This document shows, piece by piece, positions 7,838-17,456 of a stretch of 64,000 nucleotides of DNA. The position numbers and the translations under genes were made by a program. This DNA is from an uncultured Pseudomonadota bacterium (lineage in GTDB: Bacteria > Vulcanimicrobiota > Vulcanimicrobiia > Eremiobacterales > Eremiobacteraceae). Below the pieces are notes generated by a model that was not told where the DNA came from, did no database searches, and saw only the letters and a list, made by a program, of their open reading frames with translations. How positions within the stretch are numbered: the stretch's first letter is position 1; every line of letters starts with the position of its first letter. The stretch is from assembly GCA_963736005.1 (NCBI GenBank), contig CAVTNB010000003.1, forward strand, positions 192,001 to 256,000. The letters are read 5' to 3'.

Positions 7838-9147
7838 AGAAGATCCTTGCGGCCTGGGTCATCCTCGCGCTCGCGGCAGGCGGCGGTCTCATGTGCAGCT
7901 CCAGCCGCGGCAATGCCGTGGATTTTTCTCCGCGCATCTCAATCTTGCCGAAAAGCGCAAAGGTGTTCGCCGGCAACAGCCTCCAATTCCACACAACGCT
8001 CATTGGCGAACTTGGACCTTCGAACGTGCGCTGGTCTGTCGTGGGTCCTGGATCCATCGACAACAACGGCCTTTACCGAGCAGTTGACGTGCCGACATCG
8101 GCGGCTATCGTGGCAAATGCCGGAAATGGCATCGCAGATTCGGCCTCCGTAAGCATCGTGAGTCCGCCTCTGCACAACGAGTCGCTCGTGCTCTCCACTT
8201 GCTATTCAGATGGTACGGTGAACGTCAACAGCGCGCGTAACTTCGCGCTTTCGGGCGCTCTCAGCGTCGGTGGGAGAGCAGCCGGCATCGCGGTCGACTC
8301 AAGCTCCAAGCGCGCTGTCTTTGCTGTCGAATCGCAAATTGTGGCGATCGATTTGCGCAGCATGCACTGGCGTGTTTCCGCGCCCTTACCCGGCGTTCGA
8401 TTCTCCGAAATAGCGCGCTTGGGTTGGGGCTACGTCGCCGCAACCGACAATAACGCGGACGCCGGACATCCGGGCGTCCGCATTTACCGCATGAACCCGC
8501 GGGGGGTGCCCGTGCTCGTCTCTTCCGTCATAGCCGGAGAAACCCCGGAAGGCATTGCGGCATCTCCTGACGGCCGCGGCTTTTACGTTTCCAATATCAA
8601 CGGCAATTCTCTCATGCGCTTTGCAATCGATGCGACCGGCCGGACAACGTTGCTGGCCACTGCAAAAACCGCTGCTCGGCCGTTCGGCGTCGCCGTTGAT
8701 CCGCTGCGCCATGTGGTGTTTGTTGCGGACAATGACACAAGCGTCGTCAACGGCGCTCGTGCTCGTCCAGGCCTCGAGCGTTTTGATAGTCGCAGCCTGC
8801 GTCGCATTGGCGGCATGATCAGCACCGGATCGAAGTCCTCGTTGCCGCTGGGCGTCGCCGTCGATCCAACCACCGCAAGACTGTTCGTCACGAACGAAGG
8901 AGCTGGCAACGTCGTGGTGTTTGCTCTTCCTCAGATGCGTCGCGTCGCCACCTTGCCAACGGGGCTGACGCCGTGGCTGCCAACCTTTGACCCGCTAAAC
9001 CACCGGCTGTACGTTCCGAACGCGCGCGCGGATAGCGTCAGCGTTTACAACACCCGTACGCTTCGCTCGGTGGTGCCCGACTTCGCGACGTGTTCGTACC
9101 CTACGTCGGTGGCGATGTTTGATGCCGCATCGCCGGGAGGTAAATGA
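7834..9147 (+). CDS. Secreted YncE/YVTN beta-propeller protein with N-terminal Ig-like segment
   Basis: Signal peptide; repeated P-x-G-[IV]-A-[VA]-x-P blades; WSVVGPGSIDNNGLY. Confidence 0.7.
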   Translation: MKKILAAWVILALAAGGGLMCSSSRGNAVDFSPRISILPKSAKVFAGNSLQFHTTLIGELGPSNVRWSVVGPGSIDNNGLYRAVDVPTSAAIVANAGNGIADSASVSIVSPPLHNESLVLSTCYSDGTVNVNSARNFALSGALSVGGRAAGIAVDSSSKRAVFAVESQIVAIDLRSMHWRVSAPLPGVRFSEIARLGWGYVAATDNNADAGHPGVRIYRMNPRGVPVLVSSVIAGETPEGIAASPDGRGFYVSNINGNSLMRFAIDATGRTTLLATAKTAARPFGVAVDPLRHVVFVADNDTSVVNGARARPGLERFDSRSLRRIGGMISTGSKSSLPLGVAVDPTTARLFVTNEGAGNVVVFALPQMRRVATLPTGLTPWLPTFDPLNHRLYVPNARADSVSVYNTRTLRSVVPDFATCSYPTSVAMFDAASPGGK

Positions 9148-10190
9148 TGCGTGCACTTTTCGCCGCGCGTTTGGGCGGGGACAATCCACTTGCGAACATC
9201 GAAATTGGGGAGCGGCCGACACCTTCGCCCGAAGCCGGAGAGGTACGCGTGCGCATGCGCGTGGCAACCCTCAACCGCCACGATCTTTTTACGTTGCGCG
9301 GGGTGGTTGGCTACCCGATCACGCCGCCGAGAATACTGGGATGCGATGGTTACGGGGTCGTCGACGCCTACGGACCCGATCGTCCGCCTGGAACGCCTGA
9401 TATCGGCGCCGAGGTCATCCTATACCCGCTTCGGTTCTGCGGTCAGTGCGCCGGATGCGCGACGGGCGATCCCATGCTCTGTCGCACGTTCACGCTGCTG
9501 AGTGATGGCGACCTCGAGGGGTCGTTTGCCGAGTATGTCGTGTTGCCGGCCTTGCACGTCATCCCGAAACCAAAGGGGCTGAGCGGTGCGCAAGCAGCGG
9601 CATTATGCGTCACCTTCCTCACCGCATACCGGATGTTATTCGTGAAAGCCAACCTGCGGCCGGGTGACTCTGTGCTCGTCGTAGGCGCAGGCGGCGGTCT
9701 TGGAACGGCCGCGATCCAGCTTGCCGCCGCGGCGGGTCTCGTGGTCTATGCCTCGTCGACCTCCGAGAAAAAACTCGACCAGGCCCTGCAATTGGGAGCC
9801 GCGCAGACCGTGCTCGCTGGGCGAGAGGCAGCCCAAGCGATCGCTGCCCTCACTGGCGGCGATGGCGTGGATGCAGTCATGGAATCGGTTGGCGAGGCGA
9901 CCTGGGGAACGAGTATTCGCGCGGTTCGTTTGGGTGGCATCATTGTTGTTGCGGGCGCAACGACGGGGCCGAATCCGCCAGCGAATCTCTCCCGCGTGTT
10001 CTGGCATCAATTGCGCATCGTTGGCTCGACTATGGGTTCACTGCCTGAGTTCCTCTCGCTCATCCGTTTCGTCGAAAGCAAGAAGATACAGCCATTGATC
10101 GACTCGTCTTATCCGCTTGCGGAAGGACGCGCTGCCTTCGAGCGACTGGAGAGCAACGAGCACCGCGGCAAGATATCGCTCGAGATCTAA
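9144..10190 (+). CDS. Zinc-binding alcohol dehydrogenase/quinone oxidoreductase
   Basis: LNRHD, CGQCAGC..C structural Zn site, GAGGGLG, GSTMGS. Confidence 0.85.
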   Translation: MMRALFAARLGGDNPLANIEIGERPTPSPEAGEVRVRMRVATLNRHDLFTLRGVVGYPITPPRILGCDGYGVVDAYGPDRPPGTPDIGAEVILYPLRFCGQCAGCATGDPMLCRTFTLLSDGDLEGSFAEYVVLPALHVIPKPKGLSGAQAAALCVTFLTAYRMLFVKANLRPGDSVLVVGAGGGLGTAAIQLAAAAGLVVYASSTSEKKLDQALQLGAAQTVLAGREAAQAIAALTGGDGVDAVMESVGEATWGTSIRAVRLGGIIVVAGATTGPNPPANLSRVFWHQLRIVGSTMGSLPEFLSLIRFVESKKIQPLIDSSYPLAEGRAAFERLESNEHRGKISLEI

Positions 10191-10503
10191 GCGCAGGTCT
10201 CGAGTGCCGCTAAGACTTGCTCGCGTGAGGGCACCCCGCTAACTGCAGCACCCCGGCGGTAGTATCGACACGTCAACCCGAAGGTGCAAGAGGCTGCGCC
10301 CGGCTCAACGTCGCGACCGCTTGCGTGCTCTGAACAGCCGCGCCCAGACCTGTCTCTGCTAGGACATTTGTTTGAGCCGCAGGCGATCTGGCAAAGCGAT
10401 AATCCGCCGACACCGTCCTTTTGGATGCACCAACTCGGCGGGGTCGTCGACAACGCACCTCGACTGGATCCGGACGAATTTGCCCGGCGGACCTCAGAAC
10501 TTC

Positions 10504-12153
10504 TCAGATCTGCCACTCCCACGAATTCCAAAAATCGCTGACGGCCGGCACCGGTTTGAAGTTCACAAGATCGGTGTTCACGACGTCAATATTCGAGCGC
10601 CACACGATGGTGTGAAACGGTAGGCTGTCATGAATGCGGCGCTGGATCAGGACATAGTAAGGCCGGCGTGCGCCTCGAGCGTACTGCAGCTGTCCGGCTC
10701 GCTGCCATGCTCCGATTTGCGGGTCGGCATAGAACGTATAGTTTTCACCTTTCGGGGGAATCTCGTCGGGCCCCAAGGTCACCGTGTCGTCTGGATCGGG
10801 ATAGGTCAAAGTCCAGGCATACAGCGATAGATCGAATTTTCCGTGGGCCAGGATCCCACCGCCACCGTAGGTCGCGAAGAGCAAATTGGCCGGGTAGTTG
10901 TGGATGTCGACCGTGATGCCGACGTCGTGAAGATTCTGCTGGATTAACTCTTCGGCTTTTTCCCTCGAGGTGACGCCGGCAACGGTCGCAATGTCTATCC
11001 GCAGCGGTTGGCCGTTGCGGACCAGCATGCCACTCGCATCGGGAGCCCAACCCGCGGAGCGCAGCAGCGCTCGGGCCTTCGCAAGATCGTGCGGATACGG
11101 CATGATGCTTGGGTCGTACGCCCACGAGAAGGGCGGTGTGTCGCCGATCCCGGGTTTGTCCAGACCAAAGTACACGTGACTCGCGAGCGCTTGCCAATCG
11201 ATAGCGTAGGCGGCGGCTTGTCGCATGCGGACGTCATTGAAGGGCGGCCGTGCTGTGTTGAAATCGATGTGCTCGTACGTCATGCTCGGCACGTGCGTGA
11301 TCCGGTACCCCGCAAGCCGGGTCAAAGTCGCGTACTGGACCTCTGGCGCGTCGTAGTAGAGATCAACATCGTGCCCGAGCACATCCGTCAAAAGCGTATT
11401 TTGGCTTGGGATGATGCGGTAGAGAACTTCATGCAACTTCGGCGGCCCGCGCCAATACAGTGGATTGGCTCGCAGCGTGAGGAGCGTTCCCGGCTCCCAA
11501 CTCGCCACAACAAATGGGCCACTCCCGATGGGGTTGGTGTTGAACGGAATCCGGTTGAGGTCCGAATACTGTTCGAGCAAATGCTTCGGGAGAATGGACC
11601 CGACGACGCCGTTACGCATGAAAGCCGCGACGAACACCGCGAGCGGCGCCTTGAGGTGAACGACGACCGTCGCCGCGTCTGGGGTGTCGATTGACGTCAC
11701 CTGGTCGTAGGGATAGCGGTACGCGAGGTTGTTGTTGGGGTTCATGATCTGCTGCCACGTATACTTCACATCAGCTGACGTCAGGGGCGCGCCATCTGAA
11801 AACTTGACGCCGCGCCGGAGGTGATAGGTGATGGTCTTGCCGTCTTTGCTGATCCCACCGTTTGTCTGCGTGGGCACCTCGAGCGCAACGTCTGGCACCG
11901 GGTTGGCATGATCGTCATAGTCGATCAAGCCTGAAAAAATCATTTGCGACACGTCAGAGACGAACAACTGCGTGGAAAGCAACGGATTGAGACTGTCAAG
12001 ATCTTCGTACGAGCCCACGCGCAAAACGCCGTGAATGGTCCAAGGATTCGCCGCGTGACCAGATCCTATACTCGTTTGAACTTTGGTGCAGCCCGCAGCG
12101 AGCAGCGCCACGAGCACAAAAAAATGTAGCTTCGCGAGTGTATTCGCGACCAC
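10504..12153 (-). CDS. Peptide ABC transporter substrate-binding lipoprotein (family 5)
   Basis: LAAGC lipobox; TITYHLRRGVKFSDG; PIGSGPF; DVRMRQA. GTG start at 12153 inferred. Confidence 0.88.
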   Translation of the reverse strand: MVANTLAKLHFFVLVALLAAGCTKVQTSIGSGHAANPWTIHGVLRVGSYEDLDSLNPLLSTQLFVSDVSQMIFSGLIDYDDHANPVPDVALEVPTQTNGGISKDGKTITYHLRRGVKFSDGAPLTSADVKYTWQQIMNPNNNLAYRYPYDQVTSIDTPDAATVVVHLKAPLAVFVAAFMRNGVVGSILPKHLLEQYSDLNRIPFNTNPIGSGPFVVASWEPGTLLTLRANPLYWRGPPKLHEVLYRIIPSQNTLLTDVLGHDVDLYYDAPEVQYATLTRLAGYRITHVPSMTYEHIDFNTARPPFNDVRMRQAAAYAIDWQALASHVYFGLDKPGIGDTPPFSWAYDPSIMPYPHDLAKARALLRSAGWAPDASGMLVRNGQPLRIDIATVAGVTSREKAEELIQQNLHDVGITVDIHNYPANLLFATYGGGGILAHGKFDLSLYAWTLTYPDPDDTVTLGPDEIPPKGENYTFYADPQIGAWQRAGQLQYARGARRPYYVLIQRRIHDSLPFHTIVWRSNIDVVNTDLVNFKPVPAVSDFWNSWEWQI

Positions 12154-12160
12154 GTGCCGA

Positions 12161-14686
12161 TTAGTTCGTGGGGACGAGGCGCGCGAGCGCAAAGCTTTGG
12201 GCTTCAATGTGCAAGGCAATATTGCGGAAGTCTTTACCATGTGCAGTCTCACCCTCTATCCAATGGCTTCGCGTGGCGTTGTAGATGTGCACCTGATAGG
12301 GTCGCTGCTCGTCGAGCAATCTGCCCAACGAGAGGGGAAATGTATACGCCACATCGAGCGTGCTGCCCACGCACAGAAGCAGCTCGTTGCCCCGCCGCAA
12401 GCCCATCGCCACCATGTCCGGATCCAGGCGGTCGATACGCTCGCTGACGTCCTCCTCGAAAACCTCAAGTTCGCCGTCGACATCGAGACGTCCGTCGGAA
12501 AAAACTTGAAAGCGCTCGCCGTTGCGCACGACGAAATAGCTGTAGTAACGTCCCCCAAGCGGCAGGCACCGGACGCCCAGCCAACGCCACCCGGACGGCA
12601 TGAGTGGGGCCACCCGAAGACGCGCAGGCGCCTCGGCCAGAACCAACCCGCACGCCCCTTCAATCGCGGCCCACAGGTAGCGGGGCGGCTCCCACGGGGA
12701 AAGGCGTATGCCGCGGTTGACCAGCGATTCGCCGTCGAACCATTCGGAAAACTGTCCGGGTACCGTGTTGAAGATCTTCGGGTCGCGCAGATACTGCGCA
12801 TAACCCTGGCGGAGATTGCGCGCCATCGTGTCCGGATATATTTTTGAAGCAGCGAACGCGTACCAAAAGGAAAGCCCCGGCCAGACGCCGCCGATCAATC
12901 CGACGTCTCGGTAGGGCGTGTAATCCGGCGAAAGCCGTGAAACCGTGCGCAAGCCCGCTTCGGTCTGAAAATCTGGCGCGTTGAGGCGACTAATGATGCG
13001 GTAACTCACGGGCGCTGGCGCCACGCCAAACATTACGGGAAAGACTTCGTCTCCGGTTACGTCCGCATGCGGCTGGCCGGCAACATCGATGTTCAAGAGA
13101 TACATGCCATTGCGTGGGTTGAGGAGATGCTCGTTGATCGCCTCGCGAAGACCGCGCGCGCTCGCCGCGTAGCGTGCAGCAACTGCTTCGTACTCCTCTC
13201 GCTGCCCTGAGAGGCCGGCCATCGCGTGAGCGAGCTCGCCCATGACCGCGAGCGCCGCATAGCATTCAGAATTGATTTCCGTAACGGCACCATTAATGCT
13301 CAAATGGGGAATGATGTTGCGCCAGCTGGCGATGCCGTAGACCTGTTCGCCCGTCGCCGTGCAAACGATGAGTCCTCGGTCGTCGCGTTGAGAGATGGCG
13401 TAGTCGGCCGCGCGGGTGATGGCCGGCCAAATTGCCTTCAAGAACTCAGCGTCGCCCGTCGTTTGGTAATGATGAGCGCTCGCGATCACGAACAGGGGCG
13501 TGTCGTCGTTGATGTTCAGCCCGTAGTCCTGGACCTCACCGGTAACGGCATTGTAGTATTCAGGTATCTTGCCGGAGGGGTATTGCGTTTGAGCAAAACG
13601 CAAGAGCATTGCTTTGGAGAACTCAGGATCTAAAAAATCGCATCCGTAGGCAAACCATGCAAGATCGCGACCGACGACGTTCGGCGAGGAACCTGGACTG
13701 TTCGTAAACCCCACCCCTTGCGGATAGCGCGCCATGACCCGCAGCATGTTCGCCTTCGCCCAATACGCCCCGTCATTGATGGTTTTCTCCGGCGTAATAA
13801 TGTTCGCGGTCAACAGTGCCCGGTCGTAATACTCGCTTGTACTCGCAAGTGCCGTGTTCACATCCTGCGCTGCATCATAGATGGCTCGTGCTGACGCCTC
13901 ACCGAGCTCAGAGAATACTTCAAAGATGGCAACCCGCTGGGTCTTGCCTGGCGCAACCGAAACGATGGTCCCCAGCGTAGCTATGATGTCGCCGGTTGCG
14001 GTGGTCTCGTTGCTCAGTGGCGGCACGTTGAGGAGATCGTAAGACTCAGCCGCATGGGTCTCCGTCTGATACCCGTGCGGTCGAACGCTCGTGCCAAACA
14101 TTCTCACCCACTGCGGCTTGGATTGGTTGAAAGCGATGAACCCACGCACCTTCGAGTCATACGTGGCAACGATGTCTTTTGGTGTTGTGCCCGCAAGTTT
14201 CGCATACGCGCTCACCGTGAGATCCCAGTTTTCGGATCCCGCATTCCAAAAATCCACGACAAAGTAGGCCACCGCAGGATCGTCAAGTCCTGTTCGCGGA
14301 ACGAAGATTGTTTCGGTGACCATAAGCTTGTTTGGTAACTCGAAACGGTGGCGCTGGTACCCAGGATGGAACTCGAATTTCCCAGGGCTCACCGGCGTGA
14401 GGATCACGTGACCGGTATCTTGGCTCAGGCGCTCCTCGGGCGTTCGATCCTCAAGCTCCAACGCTGTGACGAGGACACGATGGCTCGCGCTCCCATACGT
14501 GACAACGGTTGACCAGAAAACGTCTTGGTCAAGCTTGAGGGAGTACATCTTTTGAATTGCTCCCGTCGCTTTGCCGACGATCCAAGCGCTCGTGTTGCCC
14601 AACGACGCTCCCACAATCACATGGTCGTCACGCACTTCGTAAGAGCAATCTGGCATTCGCTGTACGATGGCATTGGGATCGATCAT
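12161..14686 (-). CDS. (alpha/alpha)6 glycoside hydrolase, amylo-alpha-1,6-glucosidase-like
   Basis: GRDLAW, GKIPE, DDTPLF, EINSECY, GLRTVS and GGVWP motifs resemble GDE_C-type enzymes. Confidence 0.7.
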   Translation of the reverse strand: MIDPNAIVQRMPDCSYEVRDDHVIVGASLGNTSAWIVGKATGAIQKMYSLKLDQDVFWSTVVTYGSASHRVLVTALELEDRTPEERLSQDTGHVILTPVSPGKFEFHPGYQRHRFELPNKLMVTETIFVPRTGLDDPAVAYFVVDFWNAGSENWDLTVSAYAKLAGTTPKDIVATYDSKVRGFIAFNQSKPQWVRMFGTSVRPHGYQTETHAAESYDLLNVPPLSNETTATGDIIATLGTIVSVAPGKTQRVAIFEVFSELGEASARAIYDAAQDVNTALASTSEYYDRALLTANIITPEKTINDGAYWAKANMLRVMARYPQGVGFTNSPGSSPNVVGRDLAWFAYGCDFLDPEFSKAMLLRFAQTQYPSGKIPEYYNAVTGEVQDYGLNINDDTPLFVIASAHHYQTTGDAEFLKAIWPAITRAADYAISQRDDRGLIVCTATGEQVYGIASWRNIIPHLSINGAVTEINSECYAALAVMGELAHAMAGLSGQREEYEAVAARYAASARGLREAINEHLLNPRNGMYLLNIDVAGQPHADVTGDEVFPVMFGVAPAPVSYRIISRLNAPDFQTEAGLRTVSRLSPDYTPYRDVGLIGGVWPGLSFWYAFAASKIYPDTMARNLRQGYAQYLRDPKIFNTVPGQFSEWFDGESLVNRGIRLSPWEPPRYLWAAIEGACGLVLAEAPARLRVAPLMPSGWRWLGVRCLPLGGRYYSYFVVRNGERFQVFSDGRLDVDGELEVFEEDVSERIDRLDPDMVAMGLRRGNELLLCVGSTLDVAYTFPLSLGRLLDEQRPYQVHIYNATRSHWIEGETAHGKDFRNIALHIEAQSFALARLVPTN

Positions 14687-15606
14687 GCGGCGGCTCGCAC
14701 GAAACTGGCTCGTAGCGTAACAACGACAAAGCCTAAGAAGCCGATGCCAACCATGAAGACCCCAAGGACAAATATGAAGTTGTCGGGAGTCGGGGCCATT
14801 GAGACGACCGGATACGTGCCCAACGTGAAGACCAGGTCGACACCCGCATGCTTGAGCTCGCGGCCGCTCACCGAAACTCCTCGGAAGAGCGCTCCGCCGT
14901 TTTCTTCATCGATTTCCAGCTGCACGAACGGAATGTCGATGCCGCGTTGGGGCAAGCCCGGATAGTACTTCACGCTGACATCCCGATGCAGCGCGGGCAC
15001 TTCAAAACTGTCGATGGGCAGACCATCGCTGTCGAGTTGCGGGAACAACAAAACGGGAGAAACGAAAGCGATGCCGTTGCGTTGCGTCACCGTCTGTCCA
15101 ACGTGCGCCGCCGACCACGCGGAAACGTAAGCGGCTGGCCAGCGCTGCGCAGTCAGCACGTACGAGTGAATTCGCACTTCGCGACCAATCGCAAGATTCT
15201 CGCGGCGATCTCCAATGAGGACGACAACTGAGTCCGGCGAGCTTGCGGCAAGCGAACCAGCATTGACTTCCGGAAAGGCGATGCCGAGTTGGGCGCTATG
15301 CGGAGGACGGTACACTTGACCCGGCGCGCCGCCGATCCGCTGCGGCGGCCCGACCAAAAGCTCCGCAGCGACAAATGCGATGGAGATCACAAATCCGCCG
15401 ATTGCGCCGAGCGCTGCAAAGCCCTCTCCGGGGCGAACCGGCCGTATGCTAGAGGCAACATTGGCAAGGAGAAAGAGTCCAATGAGAGCCACGATCAAGG
15501 TCAGCTCCCATTTGTGGAGCCTCATGTCGTAAGGGTTTTGTCTTGCAATCGCGGCCAGCGCACAGAGCGCGATGGCTAAGCAAAGGGACCAAACGGTAGC
15601 GCGCAT
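14683..15606 (-). CDS. Hypothetical membrane protein (weakly ResB/Ccs1-like topology)
   Basis: Three N-terminal TM helices, a soluble domain and a C-terminal TM helix; 4-nt overlap with the downstream gene. Confidence 0.55.
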   Translation of the reverse strand: MRATVWSLCLAIALCALAAIARQNPYDMRLHKWELTLIVALIGLFLLANVASSIRPVRPGEGFAALGAIGGFVISIAFVAAELLVGPPQRIGGAPGQVYRPPHSAQLGIAFPEVNAGSLAASSPDSVVVLIGDRRENLAIGREVRIHSYVLTAQRWPAAYVSAWSAAHVGQTVTQRNGIAFVSPVLLFPQLDSDGLPIDSFEVPALHRDVSVKYYPGLPQRGIDIPFVQLEIDEENGGALFRGVSVSGRELKHAGVDLVFTLGTYPVVSMAPTPDNFIFVLGVFMVGIGFLGFVVVTLRASFVRAAA

Positions 15607-15720
15607 GTCTTCGGGCGTTTCGAACAAACGTGTGCGCACCCTGCGCGGCGTGCGCTGTAACAAGGACTAACCCACGCAGTCCTATGTGCGGCGCATAGCA
15701 TTGCAGAGGGGTTCTTTCCG

Positions 15721-15924
15721 ATGTCAACGTGTGCATTTTGTGGTTCTCAAGCTCGGTTGGGCCGAAACTTTCTTGCCCACCGAGTTTCGACGTTAAGACT
15801 CCGTACGGTCAAGGTTTGCGAACGCTGCCTCGATCAGGCGCGAGATGCCGGGTATCAAGTGGCCGAGCGCGAGCCGGCGGTATCCCCCGCCGTACAAAGC
15901 GCGGTTTTCAGCCGCCCCATATAG
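15721..15924 (+). CDS. Small putative zinc-finger protein
   Basis: CAFC...CERC pair; GAGGG upstream. Confidence 0.5.
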   Translation: MSTCAFCGSQARLGRNFLAHRVSTLRLRTVKVCERCLDQARDAGYQVAEREPAVSPAVQSAVFSRPI

Positions 15925-15942
15925 GGCCCGAGAATTCTCCGC

Positions 15943-15995
15943 GTCGCGAATAAATTCGCGACACTACATACGATCTGCAAATTCGCGACCTACAT
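15943..15995. repeat. REP-like family C, one full and one partial copy
   Basis: GTCGCGAATAAATTCGCGACACTACAT and AAATTCGCGACCTACAT. Confidence 0.75.
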
Positions 15996-16577
15996 CTCCC
16001 AATATCTTTCTTCTTTCCATGGATCTGCGTCGTTATTATACCCACGGGTTTCCCAAAAACCCGGACGGTCTTCGCGCAGGAATTCAACGCCCGTGCACCA
16101 CTTGGTGCTCTTCCAAAAATACCGCGATGGCACAAACATGCGCACCGGTCCGCCGTGGATTGGTTCTAGTGGCTTCCCTTCGTAGGTGTACGCGAGCAAG
16201 ACGTCGTCGGCGTCTGCTACCGACAGCGGCAGATTGGCGCTGTATGCGTTGGCTCCATGCGTCACCACGAATCGGACGCTCGGCCGCACGCCTGCTAACT
16301 GCATCAGATGACGAAATGGTACTCCGCTCCAGGTGGTGTCGAATTTCGACCAGCGTGTGACGCAGTGAATGTCGGCTTTGACTGTTCGCGTAGGCAGTGC
16401 TTTGAATTGTTCCCAATTGAATTCTTGGGGGTGCTCCACTTCGCCGAAGACGCGAAACCGCCACGTCTTTGGATCGAAGGATGGCACGTTGCCGACATGG
16501 AGCACGGGAAAATCCCGCGCCATATACTGGCCCGGTGGTAAGCGCTCCGCAAGCTGCTCGTTTGATTTGATCGCCAC
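15990..16577 (-). CDS. Sulfite-oxidase-like molybdopterin oxidoreductase (YuiH-like)
   Basis: RLPPGQ, DIHCVTRWS, HGGPVR, YFWKSTKW, GFWETRGY. Confidence 0.88.
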   Translation of the reverse strand: MAIKSNEQLAERLPPGQYMARDFPVLHVGNVPSFDPKTWRFRVFGEVEHPQEFNWEQFKALPTRTVKADIHCVTRWSKFDTTWSGVPFRHLMQLAGVRPSVRFVVTHGANAYSANLPLSVADADDVLLAYTYEGKPLEPIHGGPVRMFVPSRYFWKSTKWCTGVEFLREDRPGFWETRGYNNDADPWKEERYWEM

Positions 16578-16590
16578 GCCGAGCGTTTCC

Positions 16591-17259
16591 TTAGTGTGCC
16601 GGTGCGTGCCTTGCTCGTTCGAACTCGTCGATTAACTCACGAGCCGACGCGCAAGGATCAGAAGAGTTGGAAATCCAGCGCAAAACCGAAACACCGGTTG
16701 CACCAGCGGCGACAACGCTCCCGATGTTGCTCGGATCCAACCCTCCGATGGCAAAAAATGGTTGGCACGCATGCGTTGCAGCGAAATGCACGAGCGCGAG
16801 TCCAACGGCTGGGCGACCTTCCTTCGTAGGTGTCTCGTGCACGGGGCCAACACCGATGTAGTCAACATCCAAGCGTGCGGCTCGCTTGATCTGCTCCTCA
16901 GAGTGGGTTGATAACCCAATGACGAGCTCGTCACCCACGAGCTGGCGCACCGTCTGCACGGGGAGATCATCCTGTCCGACGTGGACGCCGTCTGCACCGC
17001 AGCCGAGTGCGATGTCGACGCGGTCATTGACGATAAAGGGAACCTGCAAAGCGTGGCACGCAGCCGAGCAGCGCCGAGCAACCTCCAAGAGACTCGCGTC
17101 GTCGAGTGTTTTTTCGCGTAGCTGAACCATGCCCACGCCGCCTGCAACCGCTGCCCTAATAAAGTCCTCGATCGGCTGCACCCGAGGCGATGCATCGGTA
17201 ACGAGATACAGCCGAGCTGACTCGAGCACAGCGCGCTTGGAAAGCCCCGGTTCCTTCAA
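16591..17259 (-). CDS. thiE: Thiamine-phosphate synthase
   Basis: VQLREK, VNDRVD, GVHVGQDD, TPTK, AIGG. Confidence 0.95.
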   Translation of the reverse strand: MKEPGLSKRAVLESARLYLVTDASPRVQPIEDFIRAAVAGGVGMVQLREKTLDDASLLEVARRCSAACHALQVPFIVNDRVDIALGCGADGVHVGQDDLPVQTVRQLVGDELVIGLSTHSEEQIKRAARLDVDYIGVGPVHETPTKEGRPAVGLALVHFAATHACQPFFAIGGLDPSNIGSVVAAGATGVSVLRWISNSSDPCASARELIDEFERARHAPAH

Positions 17260-17456
17260 CCGCCGCCCACCATCTGTGCGATTTCAAGAGTGTCGCCGGC
17301 TTGCAAGACAGTTTTAGCAAAGCGATCGCGTCGCAGCGGCGCACCATTGTGTTCGAGCACGATGCGCTCGGGGACCAAATCGCTTTGGGTGAGGAATTCC
17401 AGGACCGTCATTCCCACGGCCACGCGGCGCGTCTTGCCGTTTGCAGTCACCGTCAT
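17256..17456 (-). CDS. thiS: Sulfur carrier protein ThiS
   Basis: 66 aa ending VGGG, within the thi operon. Confidence 0.92.
   Translation of the reverse strand: MTVTANGKTRRVAVGMTVLEFLTQSDLVPERIVLEHNGAPLRRDRFAKTVLQAGDTLEIAQMVGGG

Noticed and set aside
10187..10234. Short minus-strand peptide VPSREQVLAALETCA resembling a DUF59/Mrp N-terminus
   Set aside because: Only 15 codons with no further similarity; cannot be distinguished from chance.
10284..10541. 85-aa + strand ORF in the intergenic gap
   Set aside because: No motifs or clear RBS, and it overlaps the 3' end of the ABC binding gene.
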